NCBI GenBank assembly: GCA_963814375.1
Contig: CAWFCQ010000008.1
Span: forward strand, 192,001 to 256,000
Reading direction: 5' to 3'
From: an uncultured Chloroflexia bacterium
GTDB lineage: Bacteria; Chloroflexota; Limnocylindria; QHBO01
DNA: 64,000 bases
Below, one piece after another: positions 31,138 through 41,538 of this stretch (positions are counted from its first letter, which is position 1; every line of letters begins with the position of its first letter). Under the pieces are notes generated by a model. The model was not told the DNA's origin and did no database searches. It was given only the letters and a program-made list of their open reading frames with translations. The position numbers and the translations under genes are program-made.

Positions 31138-31719
31138 TCATTCGACGAGCCCGGGCACCTCGTGGTGGAGCCGGCACCGCGCCTCGTAGGTCTCGTCGCC
31201 CATCCCGCCGATCACGATCAGCGGTGAGTCCGCGCCCGCGGGCACGCCGTCGATCAGCCGCTGCGTCCGCGTCGCCGGCTCGCCGCACACCACGCAGATG
31301 GCGGTCAGCTTGGTCACCTGGTCGGCCAGCGCCAGCAGACGGGGCATGGCGCCGAACGGGATGCCGCGGAAGTCGCGATCGAGCCCGGTGACGACGACCT
31401 GCTTTCCGAGCTCGGCCAGCCGCTCGACGACGTCGGGAAGGCCGTCGTCGAAGAACTGGCCCTCCTCGATCGCCACGATGTCGGCCTCGGACACCGATGC
31501 CTCGATCTCCGAGGAGTGGTCCACGGTGACCGCCTGGTGCTGGGCGCCCGAGCGGGAGACGACGGTGGCCGCATCGGTGCGTGTGTCGAGGCGCGGCTTG
31601 ACGAGGATGACCCGCCGGCCGGCGATCGAGAAGCGGCGCAGCAGCCGCAGCATCTCGTCCGTCTTCCCGCAGAACATGCAGCCCGCGATGACGTGGACCC
31701 AGCCGTGCGTATAGAACAT
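31138..31719 (-). CDS. tdk: Thymidine kinase
   Basis: GCMFCGKT, KPRLDTR, EEGQFF, GLDRDFRG, CVVCG and YEARC motifs. Confidence 0.94.
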   Translation of the reverse strand: MFYTHGWVHVIAGCMFCGKTDEMLRLLRRFSIAGRRVILVKPRLDTRTDAATVVSRSGAQHQAVTVDHSSEIEASVSEADIVAIEEGQFFDDGLPDVVERLAELGKQVVVTGLDRDFRGIPFGAMPRLLALADQVTKLTAICVVCGEPATRTQRLIDGVPAGADSPLIVIGGMGDETYEARCRLHHEVPGLVE

Positions 31720-32467
31720 CAGGCGTCGAGCGGCGCGACGACGACCGGATCGCTGGTTGGTGCTGCCACGCGCTCCGACTCGACCGTCACCGCGAAGGTG
31801 GTCGAGTCACCGAGGGACTGCTCGAGCGTCACGAGAGCCACGCCATCGGTGTCGGTGATCGTGCCGACCGCGGTCGGCGTGCCGTCCGGCCCGATGAGCC
31901 ACAGCTCATAGAGCTGCCCGCCGGAGAGCTCGGCAAGGTCCTCGGCCATGAACATGGCGTCGTCGCCGCTCTCGATGACCCAGCCGGAGCCGGCGGTGCC
32001 GGTGGCGGGGTGGATGGCATCCGCCGATGCCACGGCGCGGATCGCCGCCTCCCGCTCCGCCAGCTGCGAGTTGAGCGAGACGGCCCAGGCGCCGAGCCCG
32101 ACGGCGGCAGCGAGCCCGACGGCGGCAACCGCGGCGGGCAGCGGCCCGATCTGCCACCACGCGCGACGAGCTCCGGCTCGGGCTCGGGACCGGCGACCAC
32201 GGGCGCGGCGGCCGGTCGATGCTCCTGCGGTGTGGCCGCGACGGTCGCCATCAACCGCCCGCGCAGCGCCGGCGTCGGTGCCACCGGCGCCAGGGTCGTC
32301 GGGATCGCCGATGCGGCCTCGAGGAGCGCCCGCAGCTCGGTGTGCGGTCGAACGCACGAAGCCAGGTGCAGGCTGATGGCGCGCTCGTCCTCGGGCGGCA
32401 GCGCGCCGACGGCGTAGGCCGCGCCGAGCTCGTCGACCTGGTCGCAGTCCGGCAGGCGAGTCATATC
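31719..32467 (-). CDS. RskA-type anti-sigma factor (frameshift near 32160)
   Basis: ZAS-like HLASC N-terminus, TM helix, YELWLI and FAVTVE..P motifs of the RskA C-terminal domain; split over two frames. Confidence 0.8.
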
Positions 32468-32475
32468 TCCGCCCA

Positions 32476-33081
32476 TCAGCGCGTCTCCTCGCTCATCGTC
32501 GGCTCGCCGATGGGCAGCGGCGCGGCCGTCGATCCGGTGAGCCCCTCGCGCAGCTTGGCAAGCGCCAGGCGAAGCCGTCCGTTGGCCGTCCCGGGCGCAA
32601 CGCCAGTGAGCTCGGCGACCTCGCGGTAGGTGTAGCCCTCGAAGTAGGCGAGCTCGATGGCGCGTCGCTGCTCCTCGGGCAGGCGGTCGATCGCGGCGCG
32701 CATCTCCGTCGCCGTGGCGCGTCCGAGGGCCGCTTCCCAGGTCGGATTGGGACCGGTGCGGAGCATGGATCGCTCGTCGGCGTCATCGACGTCCACCGTG
32801 ATGCGTCGTGCTCGGATGCGATCGATCGCCCGGTTGCGCACGACCGTCATGACCCATGCTCGCAGCGCGCCGCGCTCCGCGTCGAAGCGGTCGATCTTGC
32901 GCCACACGGCCACGAACGCATCGTGCACGACATCCTCCGCTTCTTGCCGATCACCCACGACCCGCAGCGCGACCGCCAGCGCCGTGGCGGCGTGCATGTC
33001 GTACAGCTCACCCAGCGCCTCGGTCTGACCGGACCGGATCCGATCGGCCAGGCGAGCATCCGCGCGATCGGCGTCGATCAC
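32476..33081 (-). CDS. ECF RNA polymerase sigma factor (SigK-like)
   Basis: AEDVVHDAF, RNRAID and LPEEQRRAIELAYFEGYT motifs; adjacent to the anti-sigma gene. Confidence 0.92.
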   Translation of the reverse strand: MIDADRADARLADRIRSGQTEALGELYDMHAATALAVALRVVGDRQEAEDVVHDAFVAVWRKIDRFDAERGALRAWVMTVVRNRAIDRIRARRITVDVDDADERSMLRTGPNPTWEAALGRATATEMRAAIDRLPEEQRRAIELAYFEGYTYREVAELTGVAPGTANGRLRLALAKLREGLTGSTAAPLPIGEPTMSEETR

Positions 33082-33134
33082 GCCACGTTCACCAGCAGAA
33101 CGGCCCGAGCGGCCCGCCGCATCATCGGCGTCGC

Positions 33135-34017
33135 TCAGTCGCCGACCACGGCGAGCGCTTCCTCCGGCACGCCGAGCTCGGCGGCAAGCGCGGCCTTCAG
33201 CTCATCGGCTCCGGGTGAGGCGCCGGTCAGCAGGCTCACCGTGGCCGCCGTCGACGCCAGGAAGGCGCCCTGCCCGTTGGCAACCGTCCCGCCCTTCTCG
33301 CGTCGCCGCCTCCATGAGCGGCGTGGACGCTCGGGTCAGCACCAGGTCGAGCACGAAGCGCTCCTCAGGCAGAAGGTCGGCCGGGATCGGCGACTCGCCC
33401 TCGTCTGCGCCGATGCCGCTGGCGTTCACGAGGAGCTCGGCGCGCGCGAGCTCGGCCTCGATGATGGCGTCGTGCCATGGCCGCGCGCGCAGCTCCATGT
33501 GGCGGGCGGTCCGCGCAAAGTGGGCGACGAGCGCCTCAGCCCGATGCAGGTGCCGGTTCAGCACCGCCACCCGCTGGAATCCGGAGCCGATGAGCACCGC
33601 CACGACGGCTCGGGCCCCGCCGCCCGCGCCCAGCACGACCGCGTTGCGCGGCCATTTGCCCTTGACCCGTGGCAGGAGCGCCGCCAGCCCGGTGCGGATG
33701 CCGTCGGCATCGGTGTTGTGGCCTCGCAGCTTCCCCTCGGCGGTGACCATCACGTTCACCGCGCCACTGATGCGCGCGTCGTCGCTGAGCCCGTCGGAGA
33801 GTGGGGGAGCCTTCTCCTTGTGGGGCGACGCGATCAGCGCCCCGGCGAAGTCGGCGCCTCGGGCCTCGATCAGCGCATCGGCAAGCTGGTGGGGCCGGCG
33901 CTCCCAGCGCTCGATCGCGACCTCGCTGCCGGCCTGCTCCAGCGCGGCGCGCAGCACGCCCTCGAGGGCGGTCCGGGCGAGCGGATGACCGATGATCGGG
34001 AGTCGCGAGGCAGGCAT
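33135..34017 (-). CDS. aroE: Shikimate dehydrogenase-like protein (frameshift near 33290)
   Basis: PHKE, GAVN, GHNTD, LGAGGGARA and VNAS motifs; C-terminus lies in another frame; substrate motifs diverged. Confidence 0.8.
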
Positions 34018-34109
34018 TCTGGGCACACTTCGGTCGTTCTGGAGGGTATGGTCGGCCAAGGTCGGCGAGGCGTCCGAGGCGAGGCTCCATGCTATCATCG
34101 GCCGCGATC

Positions 34110-34202
34110 GGAGAGGTCGCATAGTGGCCTAGTGCGGCGGTTTGCTAAACCGTTGAAGGGGGTAAACCTCTTCCGAGGGTTCGAATCCCTCCCTCTCCGC
34201 CA
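34110..34202 (+). tRNA. tRNA-Ser(GCT)
   Basis: Anticodon loop TTGCTAA, long variable arm, CCA; TGCTATCAT promoter upstream. Confidence 0.96.
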
Positions 34203-34227
34203 GCGCCGCAGATCAGCGGTCTCGCGG

Positions 34228-34303
34228 GTGCCCGTAGCTCAGTGGATAGAGCGTCAGGTTGCGGACCTGAAGGTCGGAGGTTCGAGTCCTCTCGGGCACG
34301 CCA
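34228..34303 (+). tRNA. tRNA-Arg(GCG)
   Basis: GTGCCCG/CGGGCAC acceptor, TCAGG-TTGCGGA-CCTGA anticodon arm (GCG at 34261-34263), A20 in D loop, CCA. Confidence 0.94.
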
Positions 34304-34325
34304 TCGCATCGTGACCAACGGATCG

Positions 34326-35156
34326 CTAACCGGGCGTCCCGTCGCGCTCCCTTTTCTTAGCGAAATGCTCTGCTTGCCATTCATACACGCCGGGCAGCCA
34401 TTCCCTGCCGAACGCGGCCGATGGGCCGATGCGCGGGTCATCGGGAGCGCGGCCGTCACGCAGGGCATGCACGTACGCGCGATCCAGGTCGATCCGTGCG
34501 CGCACCTGATCAGCTCCGCCGACTGACCCGTGACCTGGGATGACAATCTCAACGTCGTCCGCCACATCCTCGAGCAGCCGCAGTCCAACGAGGTAGTCCT
34601 CGATCGGATTCGCGGCGTCCAGGTCGGGGAACGGAATCAGGATGTCGGACAGCATGTCGCCGGCGACGAGAACGCCGCGCTCCTCGATCAATAGCGCCGC
34701 GTGGCCCTGGGCATGTGCCGGATGTTCGATGATCCGGACGTGAGGCCCATCCCAGGGAACCTGCGCTGTCTCGGCAGGCAGACCGGTGATGAGGCCGAAC
34801 AGGTCCATCGGTATCTCATCGGCGATTTCCGGCGGTAACCCCTCGGCGACGCGGGCCTTCCAGTCCGCGTCCGACAGCAGATCTCCCATGAAAGCCGCGC
34901 AGCGGGCTGTGCCGTATCGGGGCGCTTCGCCGAGTTCGGCGTGCCAGAGCACGTGGTCCCAATCAGGATGCGTTGAGAAACCCGCCACGACGGGCTGGCC
35001 CAAGTCGGACAGGTCGTTCGCGAGGCAGGCCATTTCGTCGCCCGTAATCCCCGGGTCGATGAGCAGCACGCCGGCCCGGCCTTGCACGACAACGGCGTTG
35101 TTCTGGAGTAACTCGCTCTGGTGGGTCAGCACACCTTCCGCGACCTGCGTCAGCAC
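34326..35156 (-). CDS. MBL-fold metallo-hydrolase
   Basis: LIDPG, THPDWDH, HAQGH, AGD and IPGHG motifs; GGAAGGAG RBS before the GTG. Confidence 0.87.
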   Translation of the reverse strand: MLTQVAEGVLTHQSELLQNNAVVVQGRAGVLLIDPGITGDEMACLANDLSDLGQPVVAGFSTHPDWDHVLWHAELGEAPRYGTARCAAFMGDLLSDADWKARVAEGLPPEIADEIPMDLFGLITGLPAETAQVPWDGPHVRIIEHPAHAQGHAALLIEERGVLVAGDMLSDILIPFPDLDAANPIEDYLVGLRLLEDVADDVEIVIPGHGSVGGADQVRARIDLDRAYVHALRDGRAPDDPRIGPSAAFGREWLPGVYEWQAEHFAKKRERDGTPG

Positions 35157-35253
35157 GGGGCTCCTTCCGCTTGTGATTTGCAACTACTTGTCTAGCAGTA
35201 TCTCAATCGGGGCTCCAAACCCGGCACGACAAGCCACCTAACTCCCCAACTTT

Positions 35254-36768
35254 CTAGATCCAGCACCAACCTCGCGGCGGCGCGCCGCTGCTGGTCGTGT
35301 CGTCCGGCAGCGTCTGCTCGCCGCAATCGGTGAAGAGGATCCGCGCACGCCAGCCGTCGGGGTCCAAGCGGAAGCGCCACCAGGAAGGGCAGGTAGACCA
35401 CGAAGCTGCCGACCACGAGGAGCGCGTAAACCGCCACCGCAACCCGTCCGGCAAGCCGCTCCCACGCCCATGCCGCGAATGTGCCGAGCGCCAGGCACAG
35501 GAAAGGGATCGTCGGCAGCAGGTACCAGATGAACGTCTGGCTGCGCCCGCCCGAGAGAACGAGCCACGGCAGGTAGGTGGAGGCTGCCGCGGCCAGGATC
35601 ACCGGCTCGGGACGGGCCCACGCCCATCCTGACCGCCACCACGTGACGGCCAAACCCACGAGCGCCACCAGCCCGGGCCACCACACGAGCGGGTTTCCCA
35701 TGGCCAGGATCTCGCGATATGCGCCGTCCTCGTCGCTGAACCAGTACGCGACCGGGCGTTTCAGGAACGGCCACGACCACGGCGGCGACTGGTACGGGTG
35801 GTCGCCCGCGAGCTCGGTGTGGAAGTCGAGCATCGCGCGCTGGTGCTGCCAGATCCCGTTCCAGACCGATGCCGGATCCCACGGGGCGGCGATCAGTTCG
35901 CCCGGCATCCGTCCGGTATAGCTGGCGACGTACACCACCAGCGGCACGAGCCCCAGCAGCACGATCGACGGCAGCGCCTCCCGCCGGGAGGCGCCGGCCA
36001 CCCAGCGGCCCCAACCACCTTCGGGATCGATCTTCCGCTGCGCCGATATCTCCCACGCCACCACCAGGCCGATGACCGCCGGCGCCACGTACGCTCCCGA
36101 CCACTTCGTCGCCACCGCCGCTCCCAGGAACACGCCGGCGACAAGCCGCCAGGGACGTCCGAGGGCGAGGCGCGACCACCACGGCTGATCGTCGGAACGA
36201 TCCCGGTCGCGGTCGAGCACGATCGCCAGGACCGCCCCGACCACGAAGAGCGCGATGAACGCATCGAGCATCCCGACCCGAGAGTGAACGAGATGGAGGA
36301 AGTCGACCGCCAGGAGGATGGCCGCCGCGGCGGCGCCGACCGTGACCGCGATGCCCGACGCGAAGCTCCGAAGCAGGCGCCAGCCGAGGAGGTAGACGAG
36401 CGGCACGGTGATCGTGCCGGCCAACGATGCGGCGATCCGCCAGCCGAACGGCTCGTAGCCGAAGGCCGCGATGCCGGCGCCGATCAGCCACTTTCCGAGA
36501 GGCGGATGCGAGCGGCTGGCGAGATCGGTGATGCCGCACACGGCTTCGTTGCCGAAGACGTACCAGCACGCGTCGCGGGCATAGAAGATCTCGTCGAAGA
36601 CGAGCTCGACCGGGCGCCCCAGGCTGGCGAGGCGAAGCGCGCCAGCGGCAAGCGTGATGAGAACGAGAACGGCCGTATCAAGCCGGGACCAGCCGCGGCG
36701 GTCGCTCGAGGGCGGCGCGTCGTTGACGATGATGCGACTCCCTCTCTGCCCGTGTCAGCGGCGAGCAT
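35254..36768 (-). CDS. Protein O-mannosyltransferase (PMT/GT39)-like glycosyltransferase (frameshifted)
   Basis: VFDEIFY, HPPLGKWL, FGWR, ATKWSG, HPYQS.PWSWP and GNPLVWW motifs; frame changes near 35370 and 36650-36700. Confidence 0.82.
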
Positions 36769-36826
36769 GCGAACGGCGCCTGCCGCGGCAATGCTACCCA
36801 CTGGCGCATCCCGCGACGAGCGGGCG

Positions 36827-37267
36827 TCAGTGACGCGATGGCTGCCCGAGGGTGAGGTCGATCGCGCGCGCCACCAACTCCCAGCACGAGAGGGAGTCGC
36901 GTTTCGCCGGCTCGGCGCGCCACACCAGGTTGCGGTAGTGATCGGAGACCGTGGAGAGCCGCTCGCGGGCGAAGCCATTCGTCGGGCGCAGCCACGCGTC
37001 GTCGGCCGGGAGGCCGTGGCCCGGGACGAACTGGAACGAGATGTTATAGCCGGCGCAGCTGGTCACGACCGTGTAGGCGCTCTCCCACGACGGGGCGAGG
37101 CGATGGATCGTCCAGCCCGGGAGCCGCGCGCGTACCTCGGCACGCACCGCCGCGCGACCGACGTCCGGCGTCGACGGAATCGGGATGAGCAGCGCGATGG
37201 CGAATGCGGCGACGAGGGCCGCCATCACTATGCCCGAGCGGCGCACCCTGGCCGAGATGGTTTGCAT
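36827..37267 (-). CDS. Hypothetical protein with N-terminal TM/signal
   Basis: 146-aa ORF, GGGAGG RBS, hydrophobic N-terminal helix. Confidence 0.7.
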   Translation of the reverse strand: MQTISARVRRSGIVMAALVAAFAIALLIPIPSTPDVGRAAVRAEVRARLPGWTIHRLAPSWESAYTVVTSCAGYNISFQFVPGHGLPADDAWLRPTNGFARERLSTVSDHYRNLVWRAEPAKRDSLSCWELVARAIDLTLGQPSRH

Positions 37268-37358
37268 GGAGCCTCCCGTGTGTGCAGGAAGCGTACCGGG
37301 CCTCTGCTAGACTCGCCCGACTGCCGCCACCGAATCCGTGGGGCCAAGAGGCGGACCG

Positions 37359-37799
37359 ATGAACTACGAACTCTTCATGGCTGAGGCGATTGCCGAAGCC
37401 AGGCGGGGGGCCGGAGAGGGCGAGGAGCCGATTGGCTCGGTCGCAGTCATCGACGATGCCATGATCGCGCGCGACCACGACCGGTCGGCCCTCAGCGAGG
37501 ATCCCACCGCCCATGCCGTGCTGCTGACCCTCCAGGCGGCCGCCCGCAAGCTCGGTCCCCGGCGGCTCTCGGAGGCAACGATCTTCGCCACGCACGAGCC
37601 GTGCGCGATGTGCGTGGGGGCGCTCGTCGAAGCGCAGGTGCGCGCGCTCGTGTTCGCCATCCCGGATCTGGAGCGCGGCGCGGCCGGAAGCGTCGTGCAG
37701 CTGGCCCGCCATCCCGCTCTCGCCCATCAGCTGTCCGTCGTGTCCGGCGTCCGCGAGTCGGAGGCGCGCCGGTTGGCCACCGAGTCCGCATCGGTCTAG
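37359..37799 (+). CDS. tadA: TadA-like nucleoside deaminase with HAE->HAV substitution
   Basis: E.PIG, DPTAHA, EPCAMC and GAAGS motifs; position before tRNA-Ser-ffs-dnaX-ybaB-recR matches tadA synteny. Confidence 0.85.
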   Translation: MNYELFMAEAIAEARRGAGEGEEPIGSVAVIDDAMIARDHDRSALSEDPTAHAVLLTLQAAARKLGPRRLSEATIFATHEPCAMCVGALVEAQVRALVFAIPDLERGAAGSVVQLARHPALAHQLSVVSGVRESEARRLATESASV

Positions 37800-37814
37800 A
37801 CTCCCATCGGCCGC

Positions 37815-37904
<90 letters not shown>

Positions 37905-37931
37905 CGTCATCGGCCAATGCGCGGTTCGGCT

Positions 37932-38019
37932 GGAGAGGTCGCCTAGAGGCCTAGGGCGCGGCACTGGAAATGCCGTTCGGGGCAACCCGTCGTGGGTTCG
38001 AATCCCACCCTCTCCGCCA
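37932..38019 (+). tRNA. tRNA-Ser(GGA)
   Basis: CGGCA-CTGGAAA-TGCCG anticodon arm, long variable arm, CCA. Confidence 0.96.
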
Positions 38020-38071
38020 GCTTCGATCACCGAGATTGACCGATGCTCCCTACCGCCCTACCATCGCGGCC

Positions 38072-38340
38072 GGTCGTGCTAGGCGGGGAACTAGCGGTGC
38101 CCTGTATCCGCAATCCGCTACAGCGGAGCTGAATTCCCGGTCGAGGCCCGCACCGTTCGCCCACCGTCACCGTGCCCGACGTCGAGAGTCGGGTCCCGCG
38201 CAGCGTTGGTCCGCGAACCCCGTCAGATCCGGAAGGAAGCAGCGGTAAGCGATCGCCATCGGGTGCCGCGGGAGAACCTGGCTGGAGCCGGGCGCGTTGG
38301 CGAGTGCGAGCTGGTGCGGTTCGACACCGGGTGCACGACC
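38072..38340 (+). ncRNA. ffs: Signal recognition particle RNA, large (Alu-containing, Bacillus-type)
   Basis: 5' GTGCTAGGCGGGGAACTAGCGGTGCCCTGTA...GCAATCCGC Alu-like domain; helix-8 TCAGATCCGGAAGGAAGCAGC; terminal GGTCGTGC/GCACGACC pairing; precedes dnaX. Confidence 0.93.
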
Positions 38341-38405
38341 TACTCCAATCCCCATCCGCCGCCGGCGGATGGTGGCGTGCGAATCGGTGTACGGTAGCCC
38401 TCCTC

Positions 38406-40041
38406 ATGCCCGCAGCCCAGCCCGTTCCCGTTGTCGAGCCCACGGCGCCGGCCGCACCGCATCGCGCACTGTACCGGCGCTTCCGCGCGCAGCGATTCGC
38501 CGAGCTGGTCGGCCAGGACCCGATCGTCGCCACGCTCCAGCGGGCTGTCAGCGGCGACCGGCTGGCGCACGCCTACCTGTTCGTCGGCCCTCGGGGGACG
38601 GGCAAGACGTCGACGGCTCGAATCCTCGCCAAGGCGATCAACTGCACCAACCTCGGCGCCGACGGCGACCCGTGTGACGCCTGCCCAGCATGCGTCTCGA
38701 TCCGGGACGGACGCGCGCTCGACGTTATCGAGATCGACGCCGCCAGCCATGGCGCGGTCGAGGACGCCCGCGAGCTCGTGATGCGGGCGCTGACCTCGCC
38801 AGCCGAGCTCCGCCGCAGGGTCTACATCATCGACGAGGTTCACATGCTCAGCGCGCACGCTTTCAACGCGTTGCTGAAGCTGATCGAGGAGCCGCCCGAC
38901 CACGTCGTCTTCATCCTGGCCACGACCGATACCCACAAGGTGCCGGCCACGATCATCAGCCGCACCCAGCGCCACGACTTTCGCCGGCTGGCCGATGCGA
39001 CCATCGTCGCCAAGCTGAGCCGCATCGTCGCCGCGGAGGGAGCCGAGGCCGATGACGACGCCCTGGCCCTCGTCGCGCGACTGGCCGACGGCGGCATGCG
39101 AGACGCCGAGTCGATCCTCGACCAGGTGCTCGCCTTCGCCGACGGGCGTCTCACCGCCAACGACGTGCGCGAGGCCGCCGGGCTCGCCGATGACGCCGAC
39201 ATCTCGGCGCTGGTCGACGCCTATCGTCGAGGGCGACGCGCCCGCAGCGCTCGACCGGGTCGCCGGACTGGCGGACGCCGGTCGCGACATGGCCCAGGTA
39301 GCCGCGCAGGCGGAGGGGGAGGCTCGACGACGCCTGCTCGCATCGGCTGGCGATCCGCCGGCGGCGCGACGCCTCGCGACCGTGCTGCGCGCCGTGGCCG
39401 AAGCCGCGGGGGAGGGCGCCCGCGAAGGACGCGCACGCCTGCTGCTCGAGCTGCTGGCCGTCGAGCCGGCCGGTGGCCTGACCGCATCCCCAGCGCCGTC
39501 ACGTCCCGCGGCCGCACCCGCCACCGCAACGGCGGCCGCGCCGGTGGCGGCCAAGCCAGCCGCGCCGGACGTGCCTGCACACCCGGCTGAACCGGAACGC
39601 GCTCCGGCGGAGGAGCCTCTGCCAGAGCCGATCGCATCGGCCATCGACGCGGCGGTGGCAGTCGGCGCCGGTGATATCGAATCGCTGCGGGCGCACTGGG
39701 CCGAGGTGGTCGATCGCGCCAGCCCGGTCATCAAGCCGCTGCTCAAGGAGTGCCGCCCGGTCGCCCGGGACGGCGTTCGGCTGACCCTCGCCTTCCCCGA
39801 AGGTCGCGAGTTCATGCGCTCACGAATCGCACAGCGATCCGGCGCGATCGAGGCGCTGCTGACCGACATGTTCGGCGGCACCTTCGCGATAGAGTGCGTC
39901 GCCACCAACCTCGAGCTCGAGCCTCTGACGGTCGAGCAGGCGGTGGGCACATCACCAGACGACCCGGAGGCACGCGCCCTTCTCGAGGGCGTGCTCAAGA
40001 TCACCGGCGGCGAGCTCGTCGACGCTCCCGAGGTGCGCTGA
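38406..40041 (+). CDS. dnaX: DNA polymerase III subunit gamma/tau (frameshift near 39225)
   Basis: ALYRRFR, GPRGTGKT, Zn Cys cluster, IIDEVHML, SRTQ and GGMRDA motifs; C-terminal part lies in ORF 39052-40041. Confidence 0.92.
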
Positions 40042-40076
40042 CGTCGCGCCCGCCACCCAAACCCAGAGGAGACTCC

Positions 40077-40403
40077 GTGAACATCGGTCAGATCACCAAG
40101 ATGGCGCAGCAGATGCAGACGCAGATGGTGCAGGCCCAGGAGGAGCTCAAGCAGACGACGCTCGAGGCCAGTGCCGGCGGAGGCGCCGTCCGTGTGGTCA
40201 TCACCGGTGCCCAGGAGGTCCGCAGCGTCGAGATCGATCCTTCGGCGGTGGACCCGTCCGAGGTCGAGATGCTCCAGGACCTGGTGATGACCGCCATCAA
40301 CGAGGCGATCGCGCGCAGCAAGGAGCTGGAGCGCGAGCGGATGGCCGGGATCGCCGGAGGGATGGGCCTGCCCGGCATGCCCGGCCTGCCGGGGCTCGGC
40401 TAG
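40077..40403 (+). CDS. ybaB: YbaB/EbfC nucleoid-associated protein
   Basis: AQQMQ, ASAGGGAV and EMLQDL motifs; lies between dnaX and recR. Confidence 0.93.
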   Translation: MNIGQITKMAQQMQTQMVQAQEELKQTTLEASAGGGAVRVVITGAQEVRSVEIDPSAVDPSEVEMLQDLVMTAINEAIARSKELERERMAGIAGGMGLPGMPGLPGLG

Positions 40404-40408
40404 GCGAC

Positions 40409-41020
40409 GTGGCCGGGCTCATCGCGCCGGTCGCGCGCCTCATCGACGAGTTCAGCAAGCTGCCCGGAGTCGGCACGAAGACGGCCCAGCGCCTCACGTA
40501 CCACGTCCTCCGTTCGTCGACCGATGACGCCCGCGCGCTCGCGGCCGCGCTCGTCGCGATCAAGGAGGACGTCGCCTACTGCAGCGTGTGCTGCAACATC
40601 ACCGAGGCCGGTGTCGATCCCTGCGATCTATGCGCCGATCCGCGCCGGGATGCCCGTCGCATCTGCGTCGTCGAGGAGCCCCTCGACGTGCTCGCCATCG
40701 AGCGAACGAATGAGTTCCGTGGCCGCTACCACGTGCTCCATGGGGCGATCAGCCCGATCGATGGGATCGGGCCGGAGCGCCTCCGCACCCGCGAGCTGAT
40801 CGGCCGCGTGGCCGAGGGCGGGGTGGACGAGGTCATCCTCGCGACCAACCCGAATCTCGAGGGAGAGGCGACCGCGATGTATCTCGCCGATCTCCTCGCG
40901 GCGCACGTACCGTCGGTGACCCGCATCGCGCGCGGGCTTCCGGTCGGCGGCGACCTCGAGTACGCCGACGATGTGACCCTCATCCGCTCGCTCCAGGGCC
41001 GCCGCGCCGTCGAGCGCTGA
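40409..41020 (+). CDS. recR: Recombination mediator RecR
   Basis: LPGVGTKTAQR HhH, Cys4 Zn finger, YHVLHG and EVILATNP TOPRIM motifs. Confidence 0.96.
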   Translation: MAGLIAPVARLIDEFSKLPGVGTKTAQRLTYHVLRSSTDDARALAAALVAIKEDVAYCSVCCNITEAGVDPCDLCADPRRDARRICVVEEPLDVLAIERTNEFRGRYHVLHGAISPIDGIGPERLRTRELIGRVAEGGVDEVILATNPNLEGEATAMYLADLLAAHVPSVTRIARGLPVGGDLEYADDVTLIRSLQGRRAVER

Positions 41021-41031
41021 CGCCTGAACGG

Positions 41032-41484
41032 TCAGCCCCTGGCGCGCAGGGCTGCCTCGATCTCGTCCAGGTGCTCGCCCCGATGCTCGCCGCGGTCCGG
41101 GCTGATGGGGCTGTCAGGATCGCCGGGCCAGAGCCGGTCGAGAGGAAGCTCGGCCGCCTGAGCGTCGGTCTCCTCCGCGGTGCGCATCGCCAGCTCGGCT
41201 GCGGCCCTCGGCGCGATCGCATGAATCAGCGGACGCGTCGAGTCGTTCAGCCAGTCACCATCGGGCTCCTGGTCACCGGCGACCCAGGGCTCGCCGCGTT
41301 CGATCTTCCCGGCGAGGGTCTGGAAGCGAAGGTCCCAGTAAGCCATGTGTCCGAGCACGCCGGCCACCGTCCAGTACTCGTTCACCGGAGCCATGAGTGC
41401 CTCGTCGTCCAGGCCGTCCACCAGCGCCCGCAGCCGTTCTCGCTGGCGCGCGTTTGCCTCGATGTAGGGTCGTTCATCGGTCAT
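41032..41484 (-). CDS. DinB/maleylpyruvate isomerase N-terminal-like protein
   Basis: WTVAGVLGHMAYWD and HRGEH metal-binding motifs. Confidence 0.75.
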   Translation of the reverse strand: MTDERPYIEANARQRERLRALVDGLDDEALMAPVNEYWTVAGVLGHMAYWDLRFQTLAGKIERGEPWVAGDQEPDGDWLNDSTRPLIHAIAPRAAAELAMRTAEETDAQAAELPLDRLWPGDPDSPISPDRGEHRGEHLDEIEAALRARG

Positions 41485-41538
41485 GCGCTCACCATACCGT
41501 CAGAGACGTCCTCGGCGGGGGACTGCCGTATGCCCCGA

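Noticed and set aside
39215-39235. Frameshift in dnaX as programmed gamma/tau frameshifting
   Set aside because: There is no slippery A-run or heptamer here (GCC TAT C GTC GAG), and the break falls too early in the protein. It fits the window-wide pattern of single-base indel errors.
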